A DNA stretch of 64,000 nt. Source: an uncultured Gemmatimonadales bacterium. Lineage in GTDB: Bacteria > Gemmatimonadota > Gemmatimonadetes > Longimicrobiales > Gaopeijiaceae. The stretch is from positions 2,848,001-2,912,000 of the forward strand of contig CAWELD010000003.1 of assembly GCA_963809895.1 (NCBI GenBank), in the 5' to 3' direction. Below are positions 18,449 to 28,871 of the stretch, piece by piece. The notes under the pieces are model-generated. The model searched no databases. It worked only from the letters and a program-made list of their open reading frames with translations, and was not told the origin of the DNA. Every line of letters starts with the position of its first letter. Position 1 is the stretch's first letter. A program made the translations under genes and the position numbers.

Positions 18449-20965
18449 ATGCTGAAGCGAGCAGGATCTGGACCCGATGCCGGAGAACAGCCTGTGCGAG
18501 AACGTCATCTGCGGGCCCTGACGAGCCTGGGAGCCGCCCTGGTGGCACTCCTGGGTGTCGCGCCCGGCGTGACCGCTCAGTCTCGCGCGCAGGGCTCCGT
18601 GCGCGGCTCCGTGGTGGAGGCGGCCACCGATCGCCCGGTCGCCGGGGCCACCGTGACCCTGTCACCCGATTCGCTGTCGGCAGGGTCGGATGACGCGACA
18701 CGGGACGCCGCACCGCGCAGGGTTCTCACCGACCGCCACGGCAGCTATGGCTTCAGGGCCGTGGAGCCCGGCCGGTACCGGGTGGAGGTGACGGGATTGG
18801 GATACCGGACCGCCGTGGTCTGGATCGATCTCCCCGCCGCCTGGAAGGTCCGGCGGAGCGTGGGCCTCGAAGTCGAACCGGTGGCCCTGGATCCCATCGA
18901 GATCACGTATCTGGCCCGACGCCACGCCCTTCCTGCGGGGATGGGTACGGCATCATCGAGGCCCGACGTCCCCGGGGACGAGTGGCGCGAGACCTCGCGT
19001 TCCGCCGACTACACCCTCGATGCTCGCGTGCTGGATCCCGACAGCCTGCCTGGCATCGGCACGCTGGGCGAACCCGACGTGTTCCGGGCGCTTCAGCGCC
19101 TTCCCGGAGTCTCCGGTCGTGGCGACTTCTCCGCCACGCTCTGGACTCGTGACGCGCCGTGGGGGCTCACCAGGATCGTCCTGGACGGCCTGCCCCTGTA
19201 CGACCCACTCCACCTCGGAGGCGTCGCGGCCGGTCTGACCGCCGACGGACTCGGCCAGGTGACGCTCCTGCCGGGCGTCCGCCCCCCTTCGGCAGCAGAG
19301 GGGGCCGCGGGCACGCTGGAGCTCACGACCCGAGCAGCACGCCGGAACCGGAGCCTCTCTGCAGGGCTGTCGTCCATGGCCGCCAGGGTCCACGCCGAAG
19401 ACCGCTGGATGGACGACCGCATCGGTGTGTCGGTTACCGGGCGGCGTTCCTGGTGGGACGTCGTGCATCCCCCCACGGTCTTCACGGGCGAGCCGGCGGA
19501 CGGCTCCATCGACTACCGCTTCTCGGATCTCACTGCGCGCTTCGATGCGCGACTGGGCGACCGCACGCTCCTCGAGGCCGGCGGGCTCCGGGAGCAGGAC
19601 CGGATCCGTGGCGACATCCCGGGCCTGGTGTCCTCGTCCGCCGGTACCTGGGGAAACGCCATGGGATGGGTCGGCGTCCGGCAGTCGCTCGGAAATCTGC
19701 GAGTCTCGGCACGCCTCGGTGGGGTGCGCTACGCGGTGAAGACGCGTCCGCTTCCGTGGGCTTCCTTCAAGGGGCCCGACGGGCTTCCGTCGCTCGGTCT
19801 GCTGGTCACCCGTTTGGGGCATACCATGGCGCGACTGGAGGTCGCCGGAGGGAGTCCCGACGATCGCCTGGAATGGGCCGTAGGCTATCGGCGGCTCGTG
19901 GACCGGCTGTCGCAGCAGGGTCCCGAAGCCGAGGACCATCTGGCCCCGGGTGTGGCCACCACCGCCGAGTTGCGACGCGGGGTCGCGTGGACTCAGGCAC
20001 AGTTCCACCTGGGCCGGGTCGATCTCGCCGGGGGCGCCAGCTTCGACCTCACGGAGAGCAGGATGCGTCTGAAGGGCGGCGGGGTTCGGCCGAGCGTTCG
20101 AGCACGTTGGGCTCCCCTGCGGTGGCTGTCCGTGGAGGCCGCCACCGGCGTGAGCCGACAGTTCGAGTACCCACTCGCCCCTGCCGGGGTCTCGCTCGGC
20201 CCCTCCCTCGGCGTGGGACACGTCTGGATCCTGGCCGGAGAGGACCGCCCACCCTTGACGTCGCGAACCAGCACGCTCGGGGCGGCGGCGCTGCTTCCGT
20301 GGGGAGTGCAGGCCCATCTCACGGGCTGGACCCGACACACGGACGGAGTATGGATGGCCGGGATCTCCGGTTCGGGCGCCGGTCAGCAGACCACGCCCGT
20401 GGAGGATCCAGCCACAGGCAGCGAGCGGGGGCAGGGCGTCGAGCTCGGTCTGAGCTGGACCGGCGAGGCCGTGGCCGTCGAGGGCGGCTACTCTCTGGGC
20501 CGGTCCCACTTCTCCGGGCCCGATACGCCGACCTGGGCATCGCCGGCTCAACGGACCCACTCCGTCGACCTGCACGCCTCCGGTCGTCTGCCCGTGGGGC
20601 TGACGCTCGGCGCCGAGCTCACGGCCGAGTCTGGGTGGCCTCTGAGACTCAGGGACCCGAGCACGTGCAATTCGGACGAGAGCCAGTGCGCCGGCGGGGA
20701 AAGCCGGCCCAACGGCCATTCGGACGCCCCTTCCTATGCTTCCCTGGATCTCTCCATGGCCTGGACCCACACCCTCGGCCCCGTGGCCTTCGATCTCGTG
20801 ACCTCCCTTCGTAACACCCTCGGCCGCGACAACACCGCGGCATACAAGGCAACGACCTGCACGGGCGTCACGCTCATCTCGATCATCTGTGAGTCGGGCC
20901 AGGGCCGCTTCTCGCCCGGGCTGACCCGGCCCACACCCTCTATCGCCCTCCAGGTGCGTTTCTGA
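18449..20965 (+). CDS. TonB-dependent receptor with carboxypeptidase-regulatory-like domain
   Basis: Signal peptide, GSVRGSVVEAATDRPVAGATVTL, plug GEPDVFRALQRLPGV...LDGLPLYDP, C-terminal Phe (LQVRF). Start uncertain. Confidence 0.8.
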   Translation: MLKRAGSGPDAGEQPVRERHLRALTSLGAALVALLGVAPGVTAQSRAQGSVRGSVVEAATDRPVAGATVTLSPDSLSAGSDDATRDAAPRRVLTDRHGSYGFRAVEPGRYRVEVTGLGYRTAVVWIDLPAAWKVRRSVGLEVEPVALDPIEITYLARRHALPAGMGTASSRPDVPGDEWRETSRSADYTLDARVLDPDSLPGIGTLGEPDVFRALQRLPGVSGRGDFSATLWTRDAPWGLTRIVLDGLPLYDPLHLGGVAAGLTADGLGQVTLLPGVRPPSAAEGAAGTLELTTRAARRNRSLSAGLSSMAARVHAEDRWMDDRIGVSVTGRRSWWDVVHPPTVFTGEPADGSIDYRFSDLTARFDARLGDRTLLEAGGLREQDRIRGDIPGLVSSSAGTWGNAMGWVGVRQSLGNLRVSARLGGVRYAVKTRPLPWASFKGPDGLPSLGLLVTRLGHTMARLEVAGGSPDDRLEWAVGYRRLVDRLSQQGPEAEDHLAPGVATTAELRRGVAWTQAQFHLGRVDLAGGASFDLTESRMRLKGGGVRPSVRARWAPLRWLSVEAATGVSRQFEYPLAPAGVSLGPSLGVGHVWILAGEDRPPLTSRTSTLGAAALLPWGVQAHLTGWTRHTDGVWMAGISGSGAGQQTTPVEDPATGSERGQGVELGLSWTGEAVAVEGGYSLGRSHFSGPDTPTWASPAQRTHSVDLHASGRLPVGLTLGAELTAESGWPLRLRDPSTCNSDESQCAGGESRPNGHSDAPSYASLDLSMAWTHTLGPVAFDLVTSLRNTLGRDNTAAYKATTCTGVTLISIICESGQGRFSPGLTRPTPSIALQVRF

Positions 20966-20975
20966 TCCCTCCCGC

Positions 20976-21473
20976 ATGGATGTCGAGCATGTCTTCCGCA
21001 CCCACCACGACGCCCTCTTCCGCTACCTGGCGCGGGCATGTGGCGACCCTCACCTGGCCAAGGATGCGGTCCAGGAGACCTTCGTCCGCCTCCAGGAGCA
21101 GCGCTCCGTGCGCCCCGCGGCCGTACGCTCCTGGCTCTTCACGACCGGCATGAACGTGGTGCGAGACGTCCGGCGTCAGGAAGCGACGCACGCGCGCATC
21201 CTGGAGACCCGTCCCCGGCACGTGCCGACACCGGCACCCTCGGCGGACCCGTCGGACCGTGTCGAGCGCGCCGAGGATCGTGCGCGTCTCGCCACCGCGC
21301 TCTCCGAGCTTCGCGAGCGGGAGAGGCGGGCCCTGCTCATGCGCGAAGAAGGCTTCAAGCACCGGGAGATCGCGGAAGCTCTCGAGACCACCACGGGCTC
21401 CGTGGGCACCCTCCTGGCCCGGGCTCTGGACAAGCTCGCCCGGGCCATGGGACCACTCGAGGAGGCTCCATGA
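20976..21473 (+). CDS. ECF RNA polymerase sigma factor
   Basis: LAKDAVQETFVRL (sigma2); GFKHREIAEALETTTGSVGTLLARA (sigma4). Confidence 0.93.
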   Translation: MDVEHVFRTHHDALFRYLARACGDPHLAKDAVQETFVRLQEQRSVRPAAVRSWLFTTGMNVVRDVRRQEATHARILETRPRHVPTPAPSADPSDRVERAEDRARLATALSELRERERRALLMREEGFKHREIAEALETTTGSVGTLLARALDKLARAMGPLEEAP

Positions 21474-22171
21474 CCGTTCGGCCTCGGGAACAGTGTCCGG
21501 ATGACGCAGGCCTCATCGCCTTTCTCGACGATGCCATGGACGTCGAGGAACGCCTCCGTGTCGAGGGCCACCTGCGTACGTGCGCCACCTGCGATGAGCG
21601 CGTGCGACGCCTCCGCGCCCGCTCCGAGGCGGTCACCGCCTGGCTGCAGCGGCACGATACCTCGCCGCCTCCACGATCCGCCTACGACCTGCGTCCCCGA
21701 CGGCGCGCGTCGTCCGTGAGGGGCTGGGCCGTGGCGGCCAGCGTCGTGCTGGCAGCGGCCGTGGCGGCAGGGCCCGCGCGGGGATGGCTCCTCTCCAGGC
21801 TCGGACTCCGCGCGCCGGAGACTCCGACGGTCAGCTCTCCTGCGCCGGTTTCGAGAGACGCCACTTCCTTCCGGCCCACGGGGCCCGAGATCAGCATCGT
21901 CTTCACCATGGAAGCCGGCCCCCGCCGGCTGCTCTTCACGCGCACCGACGATTCGTTGGTGACCGTGCGGGCTCCCGGCCCCGAGGCCGAGCTCCTGCTT
22001 CGGCCGGGCTCGGTGGAGATCCGCGACCCCTCGCCCGTGCGGCGCGATTTCGGCGTGTCGCTCCCCCCCTTCGTCCAGCGCGTCAGGGTCCGCATGGCGA
22101 GCGCGTCCGACACGCTCATCGAGCTGCCGGACGCGGGCGGGGCGACGACGGTGGATCTCCCGGGAGGCTGA
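21470..22171 (+). CDS. Zinc-finger (zf-HC2/ZAS) membrane anti-sigma factor
   Basis: ATGA overlap with the sigma gene; C...HLRTCATC motif, one TM helix, then an extracytoplasmic beta-rich domain. Confidence 0.85.
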   Translation: MTVRPREQCPDDAGLIAFLDDAMDVEERLRVEGHLRTCATCDERVRRLRARSEAVTAWLQRHDTSPPPRSAYDLRPRRRASSVRGWAVAASVVLAAAVAAGPARGWLLSRLGLRAPETPTVSSPAPVSRDATSFRPTGPEISIVFTMEAGPRRLLFTRTDDSLVTVRAPGPEAELLLRPGSVEIRDPSPVRRDFGVSLPPFVQRVRVRMASASDTLIELPDAGGATTVDLPGG

Positions 22172-22253
22172 GCGCTCTTCCGCCTTGCCCCGGCGACCGG
22201 CCGGCTCTACCGTGCCCTCTCCTTCATCCCGAACCCCAAGGAGCTGGCGCGCC

Positions 22254-25040
22254 ATGGCTGCCTCCCCCCTCCGTCGACATCTCCTGCGACGCTGGTCTGC
22301 CGTCGCGGCCCTCGGCCTCGCGCTCGCCTCGCCCCTCGTCGCGCAACAAGCGGCTCTCGAGACCCGGGACCCGAATCAGCGGCAGGACGACGACTTCGCG
22401 AAGGCGGTGGCCGAGTGGACCACCAAGCCGGAGTTCATCAGCCCGCTGGTGGATCACCTGCCGGTGGTGGAGGGCGTGCCCTCGCCCAAGGACGTCCTGG
22501 GATACCACATCGGCGCCCCGAAGAAGCTCACCTACTACAGCGACATCCTGGCATACTACCGGGCCCTGGCCGATGCCTCGCCGCGGGTGAAGATCATGCC
22601 GGTGGGCTCCACCGACGAGGGGCGCGAGGCCGTGGTGGTGTTCGTGGGCTCGGAGGAGTCCATCGCCGACCTGGATCGCTACAAGGCGGACCTGGCCAAG
22701 CTGGCGGACCCGCGGGGGCTCAGCGAGGCCGAGGCGGACCAGGTCATCGCCGACGCCAAGCCGCTCTACCACGTCATGGGGGGACTCCACAGCGGAGAGA
22801 CCGGGCCACCCGAGATGCTCATGGAGCTGGCCTACCGCCTGGCCACCGAGGACTCCCCCCTCATCCGGACCATCCGCGACAACGTGATCGTGTCCATCAC
22901 CCCGGTGGCGGAGCCCGACGGCCGGGACCGCTACGTGGACTGGTATTACCGATACCTGGTCGACGTCGACGACGAGAACGAGCGTCCGGGCGGCCCGCCC
23001 TACTGGGGCAAGTACGTGCTGCATGACAACAACCGCGACATCAACTATTCGCAGATGACCATGCAGACGCTGCTGGATTGGTACCTGGACTGGCACCCGC
23101 CCATCATGCACGAGCTGCACGAGTCCATCCCCTTCATGTACGACTACAGCGGGCAGGCGCCGCAGAATCCCGACTTCGACCCGATCCTGTTCGGCGAGCT
23201 GCCCTGGTACGCCAACTTCGAGATGGCGCAGATGATCAAGTACGGGATGCCGGGCGTGTGGACCCACGGCTTCATGGACGCCTGGTCGCCCGGCTACCTG
23301 GGGGCCATGGCGTACAACCACAACGGCATGATGCGCATGTACGAGATCTTCGGGAACGGGGGCGCCACCACCATGGAGCGCGACCTGTCCCGGGGCGGCG
23401 GCGACACCTCGCGAGAGTGGTATCGTCCGGTGCCGCCCTACGAGAAGGTGGTCTGGTCCATGCGCAACAACACCAACTACTCCGAAACCGGCGTGCTCCT
23501 GGGGCTGCAGCTCACCTCCGAGTTCCCCAAAGTGGTGCTGGAGAACTTCTACAAGAAGTCGCTGCACTCCATCCAGGACGGCGAAAACGAGACGCCTCAC
23601 GGCTTCGTCGTGCCCGCGGGCCAGCGCGACATGACCCGGGTGGCGCTCATGGTGAACCTGTTGCGCACGCAGGGGATCGAGGTCGGGCGCGCACGGCGCG
23701 AGGTGGAGGTGGGCGACAGCACCTACCCCGCCGGCTCCTACATCGTGAAGCGCAATCAACCGTACGGGCGCCTCGCCAAGATCCTCCTGGAGCGGCAGGA
23801 CTTCCCTGACGGCGATCTGCGCACCTACGACGACAGCGGCTGGACCATGGGTCTGTTGCTGAACACCGAGGTGGTGCCGGTGGACGACGAGGCCATCCTG
23901 GATGTGGACGTGACGCCGGTGGACCGGGTGGCGCTCCAGGGTACCGTCACCGGCGAAAGCAGCCCCGCGTTCTTCGCGGTGGCGCACCTGGGGTCCACGA
24001 ACATGATCACGCTGCGCTACCGCCTGCGGGACCTGGACGTCCAGGCCGCCGAGGCCGCCTTCGATGCCGACGGCACCGACATGCCCGCCGGGTCGTTCCT
24101 GATTCCCGCCTCCGGCGATGCGGACCGCATCCGCCAAGCGGTGGAGGAGCTGGGGCTGACCGCCGTGGGGCTGGAGGACGCGCCCGACGTGGCCACGCAC
24201 GCCCTGGACCTGCCCCGCATCGCCATGTTCACCACCTGGAGCAGCACCCAGGACGTGGGCTGGGTGCGCTACGCCTTCGACCAGTTCGAGATCCCCTACG
24301 ACCTGATCTACAAGGAACGGGTGAAGCAGGGGGATCTCCGCCGTGACTACGACGTCATCGTCATGCCGAGCCAGGGACGCGACGGCAAGAGCTTCGTGGT
24401 GGGCATTTCGCCGGACAACGGGCCGTTGGCCTATACCAGGACCGACCGCTTCCAGAACCTGGGCATGTACGGCTCGTCGGAGGACATCACCGGCGGCATG
24501 GGGCTCGACGGCGTCCTGGAGATCCAGAAGTTCGTGGAGGCGGGCGGCGTGCTCATGTCCCTGGGCAACGCCAGCACCTTCGCGCCGGACCTGGGCATCA
24601 CGCGCGACATCAACGCGTCGCGCACTTCCGGCGGCTTCTACGCGCCGCGGCCGGTGGTGGAGGCCGAAGTGACCCGACCGGAGCACCCTCTGTTCTACGG
24701 CTACACCAACACGACGCTGCCCATCAAGTACACCAACGGCCCCCAGCTTCAGGTCCCCCGCGACAAGGAGGACGACGAGGTCCTGATGAAGTACGTCGGG
24801 GGCGACGACGCGGTGCTGAGCGGCCTCATGCGGGGCGCGTCGCAGATCAAGGACCGCCCGGCCATCGTCGACGTGCCGGTGGGCCAGGGCCGGGTGCTTC
24901 TCTACTCCACCAACCCGGTCTATCGGTGGCAGAACCACGGAGAGTTCAACATGCTCTTCAACGCCATCATGAACTACGACGATCTGGCGGTGCCGCCGAA
25001 GAAGAAGGACGCCACGGTCACCGACGACGGGCACCTGTAG
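22254..25040 (+). CDS. Secreted M14-family zinc carboxypeptidase
   Basis: GLHSGE, EPDG, DNNRD and HELHE; C-terminal GATase-like region; AAGGAG SD. Confidence 0.85.
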   Translation: MAASPLRRHLLRRWSAVAALGLALASPLVAQQAALETRDPNQRQDDDFAKAVAEWTTKPEFISPLVDHLPVVEGVPSPKDVLGYHIGAPKKLTYYSDILAYYRALADASPRVKIMPVGSTDEGREAVVVFVGSEESIADLDRYKADLAKLADPRGLSEAEADQVIADAKPLYHVMGGLHSGETGPPEMLMELAYRLATEDSPLIRTIRDNVIVSITPVAEPDGRDRYVDWYYRYLVDVDDENERPGGPPYWGKYVLHDNNRDINYSQMTMQTLLDWYLDWHPPIMHELHESIPFMYDYSGQAPQNPDFDPILFGELPWYANFEMAQMIKYGMPGVWTHGFMDAWSPGYLGAMAYNHNGMMRMYEIFGNGGATTMERDLSRGGGDTSREWYRPVPPYEKVVWSMRNNTNYSETGVLLGLQLTSEFPKVVLENFYKKSLHSIQDGENETPHGFVVPAGQRDMTRVALMVNLLRTQGIEVGRARREVEVGDSTYPAGSYIVKRNQPYGRLAKILLERQDFPDGDLRTYDDSGWTMGLLLNTEVVPVDDEAILDVDVTPVDRVALQGTVTGESSPAFFAVAHLGSTNMITLRYRLRDLDVQAAEAAFDADGTDMPAGSFLIPASGDADRIRQAVEELGLTAVGLEDAPDVATHALDLPRIAMFTTWSSTQDVGWVRYAFDQFEIPYDLIYKERVKQGDLRRDYDVIVMPSQGRDGKSFVVGISPDNGPLAYTRTDRFQNLGMYGSSEDITGGMGLDGVLEIQKFVEAGGVLMSLGNASTFAPDLGITRDINASRTSGGFYAPRPVVEAEVTRPEHPLFYGYTNTTLPIKYTNGPQLQVPRDKEDDEVLMKYVGGDDAVLSGLMRGASQIKDRPAIVDVPVGQGRVLLYSTNPVYRWQNHGEFNMLFNAIMNYDDLAVPPKKKDATVTDDGHL

Positions 25041-25186
25041 CGGCCCGGCGCTTGGCGCTCATCCGCCCCCTCGTCGCCGATCCGGCGCCCGAGGGGGCGG
25101 ATGCGTCGCGGCCACGCGACTCTTGCCCAACCCCCCGTCGGTCCCGAGTGTCCATGGTGTGAGGTTTGCCAGACACAGGGGGAGAG

Positions 25187-25666
25187 ATGAAGCGTGTCAT
25201 CCAGTTCCTCCTGAACGGCGAGCCCACCGAGATCGACGTGGAGCCACGCAGGCCCCTCCTCTGGGTGCTGCGCGCCGATCTCGGGCTCACCGGCACCAAG
25301 TACGGGTGCGGTGAGCGGGAGTGCGGAGCCTGCACGGTCCTCCTCGAAGGACGACCGATCTACGCATGCCGCACCCCGGTGAGCTCCGTTCAGGACCGTG
25401 AAGTCGTCACCATCGAGGGGTTGGCCGGCCCCGACGACCTCCATCCGGTCCAGCAGGCGTTCGCCGACCACGGCGCCCTGCAATGCGGCTTCTGCACGCC
25501 GGGCATGATCATGCGCGCCGTGGGGCTGCTGCAGCGCAATCCCGATCCGACGGACGAGGACATCGCCGCGGGGCTGGAATCCAACCTGTGCCGGTGCGGG
25601 ACCTACAACCGCATCATCCGGGCGGTGCGTCAGGCCGCCGAGGCGATGCAGGGAGACGCGCCATGA
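25187..25666 (+). CDS. (2Fe-2S) small subunit of a xanthine-oxidase-family enzyme (IorA/CoxS-like)
   Basis: GTKYGCGERECGACTVL, QCGFCTPG and NLCRCGTY. Confidence 0.95.
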   Translation: MKRVIQFLLNGEPTEIDVEPRRPLLWVLRADLGLTGTKYGCGERECGACTVLLEGRPIYACRTPVSSVQDREVVTIEGLAGPDDLHPVQQAFADHGALQCGFCTPGMIMRAVGLLQRNPDPTDEDIAAGLESNLCRCGTYNRIIRAVRQAAEAMQGDAP

Positions 25667-27771
25667 GCACCTCACGCCGCAACTTCCTGAAGATCACAGG
25701 GTCGGGGATCATCGTGCTCTTCACGGTGGACATCACCGACATCCTGGCGCGCCGGACCATGCAGGTCCCGGGCTATCCCACCGACCTGAACTCCTACCTG
25801 CGCATCGGCGAAGACGGCCGCATCTCGCTGTTCACCGGCAAGATCGAGATGGGTCAGGGGATCTACACATCGCTGCCCCAGATGCTGGCCGAAGAGCTCG
25901 ACGTGCCCCTCTCTGCCATCGATCCCGTGCTGGGTGACACCGATCTGTGTCCGTGGGACATGGGCACCTTCGGATCCATGAGCACACGCTTCTTCGGGCC
26001 GCCCATGCGCCGGGCCGCCGCCGAGGCCAAGGCCGTTCTCAAGGAGCTGGCCAGCGAGCGCCTGGACGTGCCGGTGGCCCGCCTGGGCACCCGCGACGGC
26101 ACGGTGTTCGACTCCGACCACCCCGCCACCTCGGTGACCTACGCCGAGCTCGCGCAGGGCCAGCGCATCGAGCGCGAGGTCCCCGGCAACGCGCCGCTGG
26201 ACGACGCCGACGACTACACGGTGTGTGGCGTGCCCACGGCGCGTATCGATGCCGCCATGAAGGTCACCGGGCGCGCCGAGTACTCCGGCGACATCCGCCT
26301 GCCCGGCATGTTGTTCGCCAAGCTCCTGCGGCCCCCGGCCCACGGCGCTCGTCTCGTCGACGTGGACGTGAGTCGGGCCGAGGCCGTCGAAGGCGCCATG
26401 GTCGTGCGGGAAGGAGACATGGTCGCCGTCCTGCATGAACGTCCCGACGTGGCGGAAGACGCCGTGACCGCCATCCGCGCGCAGTGGGAAGAGCCGGAAT
26501 CCGGCGTGGACAACAGCACCATCTTCGAGCACCTGCTCGCCAACCTCCCCGACGCCCGCGTGGTGACGGAGGCCGGCGACCTCGGCCATGGCCGGGAGGC
26601 CGCGGCCCGGAGCGTGGAGTCCACCTTCCGCGCCCAGTACGTGGCGCATGCTCCCATGGAGCCGCATGCCGCGGTGGCGCAGCCCGAGGGCGACCGCATC
26701 ACCGTATGGGCCTCCACCCAGAACCCCTTCCCCCTGAAGCAGAACATCGCACGGTCGCTGTCCCTGGCCGAGGACCGGGTGCACGTCATCACGCCCTTCG
26801 TGGGCGGGGGATTCGGAGGCAAGACCGCCAACCGCCAGGCCCAGGAGGCCGCGCGGCTCGCCATGAAGGTCCAGCGACCGGTCCAGGTCCTGTGGAGCCG
26901 CCGCGAGGAGTTCTTCTACGACACCTTCCGGCCCGCCACCATCGTGCGCGTGGCGTCGGGCATCGACGACCAGGGGCGTGTCACCTTCTGGGACTACGCC
27001 AACATGCACGGCGGCGACCGGGGCTCCAGCCCGGTCTACCACCTGCCCAACCACCGCGTGACGTCGCAGGGCGGGTGGGGCGGCGACGGACCCCGCTATC
27101 ACCCGCTGGCCGTCGGCGCGTGGCGTGGCCCCGGCGCCAACGTCAATCACTTCGCCATGGAGTCGCAGATCGACGTCATGGCCGCGGCCGCCGGCATGGA
27201 TCCGGTCTCGTTCCGGCTGGCGAACCTCAACGACGAGCGCATGAAGCGCGTTATCCGCGCGGCCGCCGAGGCCTTCGGTGAGGAGTGGACGCCGGCGCCG
27301 TCGGGCCGAGGCATCGGCATCGCCCTCGGGGCCGACGCCGGCACCTACGTGGCCACCATGGCACGGGTGCGGGTCGACCGGGACCGGGGCGACGTGCGGG
27401 TCGAGCGCATCGTGTGCGCCCAGGACATGGGCGAGATCATCAACCCCGAGGGCGCCCTCATGCAGGCCGAGGGGGGACTGATCCAGGGCCTGGGATACAC
27501 ACTGCGCGAGGAGGTGCGCTTCGATCGCGGCGCCATCTTCGACGAGAACTTCGACTCCTACAGCATTCCGCGCTTCTCCTGGCTGCCCGAGGTCGAGGTC
27601 GTCCTGGTGCCGAGCCCCGAGCTGGGCCCCCAGGGCGGCGGCGAGCCCTCGGTGACCACCGTGGGCGCCGTGGTGGCCAACGCCATCCACGATGCCGTGG
27701 GTGCCCGGATGTACGAGCTGCCCATGACCCCGACGCGCGTCCGGGCGGCGCTGGCAGAGACACAGCAGTAG
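25663..27771 (+). CDS. Molybdopterin large subunit (IorB-like) with Tat signal
   Basis: SRRNFLK Tat motif; GKIEMGQG, AHAPMEP, GGGFGGK and GGGEP. Confidence 0.9.
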   Translation: MSTSRRNFLKITGSGIIVLFTVDITDILARRTMQVPGYPTDLNSYLRIGEDGRISLFTGKIEMGQGIYTSLPQMLAEELDVPLSAIDPVLGDTDLCPWDMGTFGSMSTRFFGPPMRRAAAEAKAVLKELASERLDVPVARLGTRDGTVFDSDHPATSVTYAELAQGQRIEREVPGNAPLDDADDYTVCGVPTARIDAAMKVTGRAEYSGDIRLPGMLFAKLLRPPAHGARLVDVDVSRAEAVEGAMVVREGDMVAVLHERPDVAEDAVTAIRAQWEEPESGVDNSTIFEHLLANLPDARVVTEAGDLGHGREAAARSVESTFRAQYVAHAPMEPHAAVAQPEGDRITVWASTQNPFPLKQNIARSLSLAEDRVHVITPFVGGGFGGKTANRQAQEAARLAMKVQRPVQVLWSRREEFFYDTFRPATIVRVASGIDDQGRVTFWDYANMHGGDRGSSPVYHLPNHRVTSQGGWGGDGPRYHPLAVGAWRGPGANVNHFAMESQIDVMAAAAGMDPVSFRLANLNDERMKRVIRAAAEAFGEEWTPAPSGRGIGIALGADAGTYVATMARVRVDRDRGDVRVERIVCAQDMGEIINPEGALMQAEGGLIQGLGYTLREEVRFDRGAIFDENFDSYSIPRFSWLPEVEVVLVPSPELGPQGGGEPSVTTVGAVVANAIHDAVGARMYELPMTPTRVRAALAETQQ

Positions 27772-27783
27772 GGGGGCATCCCC

Positions 27784-28692
27784 TCAGGGCCAGGCCGCGA
27801 AGCCGAACCCCAACTGGGTCGTGTGTCTCCCCTGGAACTGGCCCAGAGGCGACGGCCCCGTGAGGAGCTCGAGGTTGGTGCGGATCCTCCGGCGCCCCCC
27901 GACCGGGGGCAGCCAGAACCCGAGCTGGGCCGCCACGCGAGGCGCCCAGCCCCAGTTCTGGTCCAGCTCGGCGTCGACGACCAGATGGAACCGGGAGATC
28001 TCGTATCCGCTCTCGGGCGGTACCAGCTCGGCCCCGACGCGGACGGACCAGGGCAGGGTAGTCCACGGATGCACGTTGTAGGCGTAGCGGCTCCCCGCGT
28101 AGGCGGCGAACGCCGAGGTCACCCGAACGTGGGCCACGACCTCGGCGGCGTCCCTCGATACATTGGCCCCCGCGGTGTCGAAGCGATTGGCGTATTCGTC
28201 GCCGAGGTGGCTGCTGGTGTGAAAGAAGCCCACCCGGATCCAGTGGGGGCCGATATGCCGGATGAGCGGCACGGCGAAGACCCAGTCCGTCGCCACCAGC
28301 TCCCGCTGCAGGATCTTGAGGGTGAAGCGCGCGAACACCCCGGCTTCCAGACCGAGCACGGTGGCGTGGTCATCGTCGGAACCGGCGAGCCGGAGGACCG
28401 GAAGCGCGCTCCCCAGCGCCACCTCGCCCGCCGGACCCTCGTGGTACGCGGAAGGGTCCTCGAAGACGTGCAGGAACTGCGCCTTCACCGCCGGATCCCG
28501 GGGCCCGAAGAGATCGGGTATGAGCGCTCGATCGGGAAACCAGCGACTCGATCCGGCCGACGTGGCGCTGCCGCCGTCGGACGAGGACAGGGCCTGCGCG
28601 CCGGCGCCGGTCGCGGTAGCCAGGATCGCGAAGCCAGCGAGGACGAAGAGACGGACCGGCGCCCAGGCCTCGGCTCGCCGTGGAATGGTCAT
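27784..28692 (-). CDS. DUF1207-like outer-membrane protein
   Basis: Signal peptide; HTSSHLGDEY and GPSPLGQF motifs; alternating beta-strand pattern. Confidence 0.65.
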   Translation of the reverse strand: MTIPRRAEAWAPVRLFVLAGFAILATATGAGAQALSSSDGGSATSAGSSRWFPDRALIPDLFGPRDPAVKAQFLHVFEDPSAYHEGPAGEVALGSALPVLRLAGSDDDHATVLGLEAGVFARFTLKILQRELVATDWVFAVPLIRHIGPHWIRVGFFHTSSHLGDEYANRFDTAGANVSRDAAEVVAHVRVTSAFAAYAGSRYAYNVHPWTTLPWSVRVGAELVPPESGYEISRFHLVVDAELDQNWGWAPRVAAQLGFWLPPVGGRRRIRTNLELLTGPSPLGQFQGRHTTQLGFGFAAWP

Positions 28693-28871
28693 GCGATCAA
28701 ACCTCCGGAACGACGCCGCCCGGGCGTCGTCGATGAGCAGGAGGGTCGATCGTGTATCTTGACGGTAGCACCGACCGGGGCGCCGTTGAAGGATGTCCAC
28801 TCCTTGCACGTAATTTGGTGGGGTCGTCTCGTTTCTCGTCGCCCGGGCTCGTCTCTCGCCAGGAGCACCGC

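Noticed and set aside
22224..25034. 936-aa ORF on the - strand
   Set aside because: Antisense shadow of the M14 peptidase.
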